A stretch of DNA of 64,000 bases, taken from Octopus vulgaris. Its lineage: Eukaryota. The notes under the pieces were generated by a model. That model did no database searches and was not told the DNA's origin. It was given only the letters and a program-made list of their open reading frames with translations. Both the position numbers and the translations under genes were made by a program. Location of the stretch: assembly GCA_951406725.2 (NCBI GenBank), contig OX597835.1, positions 43,462,001 through 43,526,000 of the forward strand. Direction: 5' to 3'. Every line of letters starts with the position of its first letter. Position 1 is the stretch's first letter. Below, piece by piece: positions 54,744 through 64,000 of this stretch.

Positions 54744-55299
54744 GTAACTTAGTGCTGTGGTCGATTTATTCGACTAAAACCCTTCAAGGCAACGCCTCGG
54801 CATGGCCGCAGTCCCATGACTGAAAGAAGTAAAAAAAAAAATTCAAAGATAAGCCTATACTACCCAATGTGTGGTACACATATTTTAAAGACAATCTTGA
54901 CGTCAACCCGACAATTTAACTGGTATTCATTCTGACTGATCTTTACGGAAGAGATTAGAGGAGGAGACCACATCAACGTAAATTCATATTAAATACTGTA
55001 AGGTATCTAGTTGGGTGCCTTACAAATCCTGCTGTGAAATCAAAGAGAGAGACATCGCATGGTGGATAGATCTGCAGAGAAATGTCTTGGAATCAAAGAA
55101 TAGTGTCTGGGAAGAGAAGAGCATGTTGGGGGATATTAGTGTTGAAAAGACGGAATGGTCACAGCTGGATGATTTTGAGCGTCTAGGATTGATCTAAGAT
55201 TGATCAGGATAGATCAGGTATCGTCTGCAACAAGCAGCTTGAGAATTTACTGGAAAATGGAGTTATATGAGTGTTCTTGGCCACTAAAGTGGAAAGGTA

Positions 55300-56190
55300 G
55301 CGAGAAAAGAGAGTAATGTGCAGGGGAGGGAAAGGAAGACGAAGAAGAGGGAGAGGAGGTAGATAGGCAGATATAAACAGAGACAGTGAGGGAGAAAGAA
55401 AAGGGAAGGAGAAAGTGGAGGGAGAGGAGAGAGAGAGTCGTAAGGGTGAGAAAGGAAGACAGAGGACAGAGTTGAAGGAAGAGAGAGAGAGAGAGGAAGA
55501 AGGCGAAGAAAGGAGAGAGAAAGGCTAAAGGAGAGACAGAGGTAGGCAAGAAGATGGTGAGAGAGGGGAAAGGGATGAAGAAGAGAGAAAAAGAAAAGAG
55601 AAGGTGAGAGAAAAGATGAAGGTGAAGGGTGCAAGAGAGTAGAAAGATTGCTTGAAGAGAAAAAGGAAGGGAAAGAGAAACCAGAGAGAAAGGGGCATAG
55701 AAAGAGAGGAGGAGAGAGAAAAGAGGAAGCAAGGGACAGAAAAGAAAAGAGGAAAGCAGAGATAGTGAGGGGGAGGCAGAGAGAGGACGCGAAAGAAGCA
55801 GTCAGAGACGGAGTGAGAGGAATCAGAAACAGAAAAAAAGTAAGCAAAGAGAGAGAGAGAGAAGAAATAGAAAGATAGAAAGAGAGGAGAGAAAGAGGTA
55901 ATAAGAATGTAGAGAGGAAATTTGTTGGAAAAAAAAAGCAAAATGGAGGTGGGGTGAGTTTGGGTAGAGAGGAAGGGAGGAATAGGGACTTTCCTCCCTC
56001 CATTCTCTAGATACATAAGGAGACGGAGGTGAGGTAGTGACAGGAAGGGGAGGTAATATGATTGTAAAAGGGGTAATGGTGGTAGTGGTGGTGGTGGTGG
56101 TGGGCACTAATGATGGTAAAGAGGAAAGAGAAAAAGAAGGAAAAGAAGATGAAAAGAGGTGTGGTAGGGTGTAAGGAAGAGGGAGACGAA
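55300..56190. repeat. Purine-rich (GA) low-complexity tract
   Basis: Strong A/G bias over ~0.9 kb. Confidence 0.85.
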
Positions 56191-56388
56191 CGGTTAGTTA
56201 CATACTTACACTCACATATACATATGCACATACATGTATATGTGAGTGTAAGTCAAACGCATACGCATACACAAACACATGCACACACACACAAAGATAC
56301 ACACAGACTAAACATATTACACTCAGATGTACACACTGGCACATACACATAACACACACACTCATAGTCCACTTTTGCACATATACAT

Positions 56389-56858
56389 ACACGCACACAC
56401 ACACACAATGATACAGAATCCACTTTCACTCTGACACCATATACATTCGCGTGCGCACACACATACACACACACTCGCTCTCTCTCTCTCTCTCCCTACC
56501 TCTCTATCTCTTTCTCCAAGACACACACACACACACACAAACTGCATATATACACACATACACACATCCAGATGCATACTCACAGACGACACTTATACAA
56601 GCAGGTACACACACACATACACCGACTACACGCACACACACACAATGATTCAGAATCCACTTTCACTCGCACATACACTCTGACGTGCGCACACACATAC
56701 ACACACTCGCTCTCTCTATCTCTTTCTCCAAGACACACACACACACACACACACAAACTGCATATACACACATACACACATCCAGATGCATACTCACAGA
56801 CGACACTTATACAAGCAGGCACACACACACACACACATACACATACACCGACTACACA
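56389..56858. repeat. ~235-bp tandem duplication
   Basis: Two copies of ACAATGAT.CAGAATCCACTTTCACTC...CAGATGCATACTCACAGACGACACTTATACAAGCAGG...CCGACTAC. Confidence 0.9.
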
Positions 56859-57275
56859 CACACACACACACACCACAGAGATAAGGAACGAGGAGTGATT
56901 ATAATACAGAGAGGGACGAGAACACGTGACTACTGGCCCCAGTGACGTCGTATATCACTGTTTTTTGTCTCCCCTAATCTATTATACTTAATTATATTAC
57001 AGAATGTAGTCTTGCATCCAGGGGGACAAGGGAGGTAAACAAGGGAGCAGGGAATAGGGTTTATGGGGGAACAAATGGCGGGCAGCGAAAAGATTCAGTA
57101 ATTGTTTTGTATTAATTGTTGAAATAATAACAACAGTCGCGTCCTTGACCAGTTTTAGAGCTTCCATGACTGGGCCGTATGCTGTTTTATACTTTTACCT
57201 TTAACTGGTTTCAATCATTGGACTGCAGCCATGCTGGGACGAACAAATTGATCCATCTACATGTTTTCTTATATA

Positions 57276-57501
57276 CCGGAGTAAACACATAAATGTGAAA
57301 CAAGGTGGAAAAAAGAGTACTCAAATACCAGTGGTAGAGTAAGATGCTTTATTTAAAGCAGCAGAAAATTCAACAAAACCTGTTACTCTGAGTTTCACGT
57401 TCCCGTTCGTCGGACATTTTCTAGCAAAAACTGTCCGACGAACGGGAACGTGAAACTCAGAGTAACAGGTTTTGAATTTTCTGCTGCTTTAAATAAAGCA
57501 G
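57276..57501. mobile_element. Fold-back Penelope-like insertion with mirror hammerhead motifs and 14-bp TSD
   Basis: Arms 57345-57416 and 57432-57500 are inverted (one 3-bp indel). TSD TGTTTTCTTATATA at 57262-57275 and 57502-57515. Confidence 0.8.
57431..57468 (+). ncRNA. Minimal hammerhead-like motif, CCGANGA variant (mirror copy at 57380-57416 on minus)
   Basis: CTGT-CCGACGA-ACG ggaa CGT-GAA-ACTCaGAGT-A-ACAG. All three stems pair. Confidence 0.6.
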
Positions 57502-59145
57502 TGTTTTCTTATATATATATATGAAACAAACACAAGTGTTTATTTTTTATGCCAACGTCACACTGATCTAGGGTGGGTGGGATCTGTGGTCATAAATTGG
57601 GTTTCGAACTTGCATATCTACAGTATCCTGCCGACACTTTGTCTTCTGGGGTCTATGCTATCGTACCTAGCCATTTGTGGTGTCTTACAAGTTCATGTGC
57701 TTTAATTCTTGATTCCTAAGAATTCTCATAACAAAATTATATATATATATTAATCGAAGTGAACAATATTATATATCAATTACTGCAGATCCGTTTCGCA
57801 CCAGGAGTTCAACAGAGTATTAGGTAACAATCCGATTATGAAACCCTACGCTCTTCAGAGATGGTGACTGACATATTTCTACTGACAAATTTTTTATGAT
57901 TTAGACGGCTATATATATATATATATAATCTGTTAGCCGTTAATTAACGAAGTTAACATTTTCGTTAACGATTTAACTTTTAAGTTTACTTTGAAAATCA
58001 TTATCGGACTAATCAACTTCCGTTGCATTTAGCTTCTGTTAACTCAAATCCCTTAATCCCAAAATTTCATAAAAACCAGTAAGCGATTAAAAGTTTCTAT
58101 TGTTTTCAGATTGTTTTAGCATTTTTCATATGGTACACGTCATTCTTTCAACCCCATTATAACACCATTTATTATTATGAATAGATTGTATGACCGCGTT
58201 TGGCCCTGCCTGGACTTGAAACCAAATCCACCCGCTTGTTGCTTGCAAAGATAGCAAGAAATTTCTTTGTCCTGTTGAGAGGGAACAGTGATTGATGTGT
58301 TTCCTCTTGATCTGTGACCTCACTGAGGTGAATGTCAACAGAGAAAAGTGGAAAAATAAATGGAAGGAAAAAATGTTGGTAAATATTTTGGTGTGAACGC
58401 AAATAGCTGTTACATGGTAGCAAGGCATGCTAGAAATATCCAAATCTTTCCTCTTCTGGAAAAGGAGCTGTTTATGTGTGATTTCAATGTCACATTCGTT
58501 AAAAGAATACAAAATAACCTGGAAAAGAAAAAAAGACCTGCGAAACAAAACTCCCCTGGTGGGAAATTTCGAGGTCCCCCTCTCACCTTTCTTTTCCGAA
58601 AAGAAGTGGTTTACAGCGGGATTGTAGACAGTATGTTGAATGCACCTGAAAAAACTATGGAAAAAAATTACTCCACACCGACGTACGAAATATTTACCGA
58701 AAGAATAAAATCAGTACCTATTAAACTTGTATTTTAATTAATTCAAATTAATGCTTCTCTTTGTGAAAAGTGGTAAAATTTTTGTCGCTGTGCTATCTGG
58801 GATAATTTTAATAACAAATCAAATAGGTAAGATGCATTAAGAATTTCAGATTTAGTGTTTATCCATATTGCTATTGCTTTTTATACCTGTTAAATTTACC
58901 TGCCCATAAAAGTCAAACTTTCTCACCCAAATCAGCTAAAATTACATAACTATAAACTAGGGATAAATAAAGCACCCACTGACAAAATTTCAAATCAGTA
59001 TGTAAAAAAATTATAAAGTCACAAGCAAATATTGTGGACAACCCTCTTGAACCTGGATAATTCAAAATAACATGAATAAACATTACATTTGACAGATTAA
59101 TATGAGCACTAAAGATGTTTGAAAGGTATTTTTTTTTTTTTTTTT

Positions 59146-59362
59146 GTACTTGTTTCAGTCATTTGACTGCGGCCATGCTGGAGCACCGCCTTTAGAGTGG
59201 TGAAAGAGTACAGCAGGGATCACCACCATCCCCTGCCGGAGCCTCGTGGAGCTTTTAGGTGTTTTCGCTCAATAAACACGCACAACGCCCGGTCTGGGAA
59301 TCGAAACCGCGATCCTCCGACCGCAAGTCCGCTGCCCTAACCACTGGGCCATTGCGCCTCCA
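59146..59362 (-). mobile_element. Chimeric SINE: family C head + family A tail
   Basis: A box TGGCCCAGTGG and B box GGTTTCGATTCCC, then ~165 bp of family C joined directly to AAAGGCGGTGCTCCAGC...GACTGAAACAAGTA and poly-A. Confidence 0.8.
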
Positions 59363-59406
59363 CATTTGTATAAAATTTCATTAAAAAATTCCTATTTTCC
59401 AGAAAG

Positions 59407-60239
59407 TTATTTGAAGGAAAATGTCAGATTAACATTAATTGCTTGGTTGTTGTCCAACAGTTCATAATGGATTACTCCTTTAATATCCCACCATACACTA
59501 CATGATGATCTTCTTTGGATAAAGTCCTCTCGGTTGGTGAACTGGCCGTCCTCCTCGACTGATCCAAGAACTGCGGCGTTTAACATTATGATAAAGAATC
59601 TACTTCTCATTGCCTGTAACAAGACTGTCTAAAAATACTGCTTAAAAGTGTCGCAAAAGCAATGATTGATAACAAGCAGTACGCTGTCGTCGATTCTCTG
59701 GAGACAGCTCATGGGGGACCCATTTTCCAGGCACTGAAACCTTTCCAATGTGCTTTAGCTGGCGTACCATGGTTGTATGGGCCACTTTTAACTGTTCTGC
59801 AAGTTCCCTAGTAATAACAGTAGGGTTCTCTGAAACAAGAGATTCCAACATTTCAGAATCAAGTTTTTTTGGCTGACCCTCTTTTGGCTCTTCTTTCAAA
59901 ATGAAGTCCCAACTTCGGAAATGGGAAAATCACCTCCTGCAACTGCTTTCATTCACTACATCATCCCCATAACTGCTCTGAATAGATCTTGCTGCCGCAC
60001 TTGCATTAGCACCTTTATGAAACTCGTAGAGTAAACCATTTCTTATGTGATCTTTAGATGGAACAAACATGGTAGTAAAATTCTCTGAGAATTATGGCCA
60101 GAAATTAGATAATCTGAAAGAAAATAGTACAAATTAGACATAGAGATATCTTAAAACTATAAGAAGAGATTAAAAATTTGATAAATTTGCCCTGAAACAT
60201 TTTTTCTAGAAATCAGACATTACTTTTGCACCAACATGA
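59407..60239 (-). pseudogene. Mariner (Mos1/Hsmar-like) transposon, decayed 5' portion
   Basis: TIR TA|TCATGTTGGTGCAAAAGTAAT and ATG at 60070. Translation: HIR..LLYEF.KG.NA..AAR.I...YG, RELAEQL.V, GKWVPHELS, LVTGNEK*ILY (first catalytic D lost), VWWDIKGVIHYELL. Confidence 0.93.
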
Positions 60240-60261
60240 TAGAATATATATGTATATATAT

Positions 60262-60498
60262 CCGACTGTGGCCGTTTGCCAGCCTCGTCTAGCACCTGTG
60301 CCGGTGGCACGTAAAAAGCACCCACTAGACTCATGGAGTGGTTGGCGTTAGGAAGGGCATCCAGCTGTAGAAACATTGCCAGATCAGACTGGGCCTGGTG
60401 CAGCCTTCTGGCTTCCCAGACCCCAGTTGCACCGTCCAACCCATGCTAGCATGGAAAGCGGACGCTAAACGATGATGATGATGATGATGATGATGATG
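60262..60498 (+). mobile_element. SINE family D (Meta/RUDI-like domain), 5'-truncated, (GAT)n tail
   Basis: TTGGCGTTAGGAAGGGCATCCAGCTGTAGAAAC domain and 3' end GGAAAGCGGACGCTAAACGATGATG. Confidence 0.7.
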
Positions 60499-60524
60499 AA
60501 GATATATATATGTATATATATATG

Positions 60525-60555
<31 letters not shown>

Positions 60556-60566
60556 GTATATATATG

Positions 60567-60614
<48 letters not shown>

Positions 60615-60623
<9 letters not shown>

Positions 60624-60790
60624 CTGAGAGTGTGTGTCTGTCTGTCTGCCTGAATCATTAAAACCTGAGAACTACACAACCAATTTCATTCAAATTTTAC
60701 ACATGCCTTACTTAGGGTCTATGTAGTGTCATAGGCCAAAAAATTTTTAACTTCTTTCTTGCCTAGGGCGAGCCCACAGCAACCTCTTAT
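60615..60790 (+). mobile_element. Helitron-like 5' fragment (second family)
   Basis: TATATAACTGAGAGTGTGTGTCTGTCTG...CAACCAATTTCATTCAAATTTTACAC layout typical of non-autonomous Helitrons. 3' end not seen. Confidence 0.45.
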
Positions 60791-62459
60791 CTTCTCTACT
60801 ATTTCAGTATTATGTGTCAAAAATAAAACAAAAACATCTTCCTATTGAAACTATTAAAGTGAAACTATTATATAACAGCAATGAACTGTAACTGGACATC
60901 TATTATGCTAGAAGAAGATTTGCTATGGTCTTATATGCTACACCACTGCTTTTAAATTCATATTAATCAATTAATATTTAATTTTTCACCCTTATTATTT
61001 TAAATTTAAAGTTACATGTATATATATATATAGATGTATATGTATTGATGTATATATATACATACATACATGTATATATATGGATGTATATGTATAGATG
61101 CATTTCTATAGATATAGATGTATAAGTATACATGTATGTGTAGATATATATATAGATGTACATGTAATATGTACACATATATATATGCATACATATATAC
61201 ACCAATACACACATACACACATACCCCCCCCCCCCCAACACACATACATAGTTGCAGGTGTGGCTGTGTGTTAATAAACGCTCCAAAACACATGGTCCTC
61301 AGTTCAGTCCCACTGTGTGGTAACTTGGCATGTGTCTTCTGCTATAGCCTCAGACCAACCAAAGCCTTGTCAGTGGATTTTGTAGACAGAAACTGAAAGA
61401 AATCAATTGTATATATATGTATGTATATATGTAAGTCTCTGTGTGTGTCTTTATGTTTGGACTTAACACCTACAATTTGGTCATTTTATCTAAGCAAAGA
61501 TGAATACAGTTGTGCTCTTGGAAGCTGTTAGGTCATCCGAGCATAAAAGATGAGCATTATTTGTAATTCAATGGTACAACAGTGTAACAGTTTGCTTTGA
61601 CATACACTTACATTGTGATTTCTGCAATGTGGTGCATAAATTGTCAAGTAAATGAGAGGCATCTTTGCCTCCACTGATTCAGTTGCAAAGTGTTGAGTAA
61701 AGTTATTTGATTGCAGATCTCCTTTCAGTCTTTTTATTATCACTGGGTCACACATAGTCCCCAGATGGTAATATTGATTTCAAGGCCTTCCATGATGACT
61801 GACTGGTTATTCAAAGACATTTATAGATTGTAAATTTATTCTGTCCAGTTACATATCAGTATAGTGGTCATTTGCAAACTCCAGAGGTGACACTTTCATT
61901 TCTCCTTAGCCCTCACGTCACACCACACGGTTGTTAATGTTTATTTCAATTGGGTCACGCCCTTCCAATTGCTATAGATTTGTAATGCATCTTATGGCTG
62001 TGCCTGTCACCTGGATGGTGAGGAATCCTACATTGGGAGTGTTAACGACTAGGGTAGGGTAGCTGACTGCTTATTGTGATCATTCGTCTTTTGATTTCCT
62101 GTAGCTTTACTCTCTTTTACAAACCCAGTGAACATATATTTCCTATTTCAAACAAATTCAAACAATAGATATAGATGTTGTAGATATATATATATAGATG
62201 TACATGTAATATGTACACACATATATATACACATATATATATATATGCATACATATATACATCAATACACACATATACACATACCCACACACACACACAT
62301 ACATAGTTGCAGTTAAAAAGATTTTCAACAATTCAATTTTTATTAAAATTTACTTTCACTTTAGCATTCTGCCTTATAATTTTTCCTCTTTTATCATTTC
62401 TCCACATGCGGTCAACCCCACCATTTACTCACTTATATATATATATATATATATTCATT

Positions 62460-62785
62460 TATTTTATTTGTTTCATTCATTAGACTGTGGCCACACTGAG
62501 GCACCATCTTGACAAATTTTAAATTGGACGGCTGGACCCTAGTACATATTTTTTAAAGCCTTATACATATTCTATTGGGCCCTTTTACCGAACCGCTAAT
62601 TTTTAAAGGACATAAATACACCAGCACTGATAGTCAAGCTGTAGAAGGGGATAAACACGCATGCACACACACATATACACGACGGGATTATTTAAGTTTC
62701 CTTCTACCAAATGCAAAGTAGTGGGAGTGAACTCGGAGCCATGTAGTTGGGGGTTAAATTTCTTAGCACACAGCCACGCCTACGC
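62460..62785 (-). mobile_element. SINE family A, old diverged copy
   Basis: Degenerate modules. Abuts the next copy head-to-head. Confidence 0.7.
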
Positions 62786-63530
62786 CTGGCTGTGTGCTAA
62801 GAAGTTTGCTCCCCAGCCATGTGGTGCAGGGTTCACTTTCACTGCGTGGCATTTTGGAGAAGTGTCTTCTACTGTAGCCTCGGGCCAAACCAATGCCTTT
62901 TCAGTGGATTTGGTAGACAGGAACTGAAAGAAGCCTGTCGTATATATATATATCTATATGTATATATCTATGTGTGTGTGTCTTTGTATCTGTGTTTGTC
63001 CCTCCACCATCGGTTGACAACTGGGGCTGGTGCGTTTATGTTCCTGCAACTTAGCGCTTCAGCAAATGAAACCAATGCGATAAGTACTCAGCTTTAAAAA
63101 AAATGTCCTGGGTTTGATTTAAATAATAATAATAATAATAATTGTGTACAGTGCTCAGGTGCACTACAACTCATCTAAAGTGTATATATAATCAGGTGTA
63201 GTTTCGACGGATTTCGGGAAGCATGAGGGCCTTAAAGGATGCAGTGTCATGGCAGTCAACAACTGATGCAGGCAGTTTATTCCATGCTTCAGCAACCCTG
63301 AGCGTGAAAAAATGTTTCCGAAAGTCATGGGAGCTGTGCTGTTTTCTGACTTTGTAGGCATGTCCACGTGTGTTAGACACATGGAGATCAAAAAGGTGTT
63401 CAGTGTTGTTGTTGGTGAGGTGGTTGATAACCTTGTGGGTGTTTACCAAGTCCGTCGCCAGACGCCGGAGCTTCGACTAAATCCCTTTATGGCGGTGCCC
63501 CAGCATTGCTGTAGTCAAATGACTGAAACA
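62786..63530 (+). mobile_element. SINE family A interrupted by a CR1 fragment
   Basis: The GGGTTTGATTT | TTCGACTAAA halves are separated by 63121-63471. Confidence 0.75.
63121..63471 (-). pseudogene. CR1/L2-clade LINE 3' end
   Basis: LRRLATDL...TRGHAYKV....HDFRKHFFTLRVAEAWNKLPASVV....ASFK, followed by a short UTR and (ATT)n tail. Confidence 0.92.
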
Positions 63531-63532
63531 TG

Positions 63533-63573
<41 letters not shown>

Positions 63574-63672
63574 TATATATGTATGTACATAATTCATGGT
63601 CACCTATGATATATATATATTTATCTATATATATATATATATATATTTTTATACACACACATACACATACAC

Positions 63673-64000
63673 ACGTGGCTGTGTGGTAAGTAGCTTGCTA
63701 ACCAACCACATGGTTCCGGGGTCATTCTCACTACGTGGCACCTTGGGCAAGTGTCTTCTACCATAGCCTCTGGCCAACCACCGCCATGGTGATTTGGTAG
63801 ATGGAAACTGAAAGAAGCCCATTGTGTATATGTATGTGTGTGTGTGTGTGTGTGTTTGCCCCTCCACCATTGCTTGGCAACTGATGTTGGTGTGTTCACG
63901 TCCCCATAACTTAGTGGTTCGGCAAAAGAAACCGACAGAATAAGTACTAGGCTTACAAAGAATAAGTCTTGGGGTTGATTTGGTCGACTAAAAGTGGTGC
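63673..64000 (+). mobile_element. SINE family A (runs off window end)
   Basis: Head, CORE-like region, microsatellite and 3' half. Confidence 0.88.

Noticed and set aside
58360-58737. 125-aa ORF (and the 140-aa antisense ORF)
   Set aside because: No recognisable motif or splice support.
61500-61880. Possible LINE APE endonuclease remnant (IYAP motif)
   Set aside because: Only one short motif, too degenerate to call.

Overview
This is AT-rich, microsatellite-dense animal DNA, most likely an octopus (coleoid cephalopod) intron or intergenic region. That assignment is inferred from the SINE families and repeat landscape, not from a search. No host protein-coding gene is recognisable, and almost all ORFs in the track are microsatellite or SINE artefacts. 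The window is a nested mosaic of transposons: about 25 copies or fragments of a ~400-bp tRNA-derived SINE (family A) and several other SINE families; about 11 copies of a ~410-bp GG-ended MITE with 8-bp TSDs (Merlin-like) carrying internal TTAGGG repeats; non-autonomous Helitrons; decayed mariner/Tc1 transposases; 3' fragments of R4/Dong, CRE-like, RTE, CR1 and Tx1-like LINEs; and many Penelope-like terminal fragments with minimal hammerhead-ribozyme motifs. Three observations stand out. (1) A 5S rRNA fragment carrying the internal control region sits inside a SINE, and a second chimera joins the same ~50-nt SINE tail. (2) Short fold-back (inverted-arm) insertions recur, some carrying hammerhead cores. 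(3) The same MITE is flanked by 8-, 20- and 135-bp direct duplications and sits at local duplication breakpoints.
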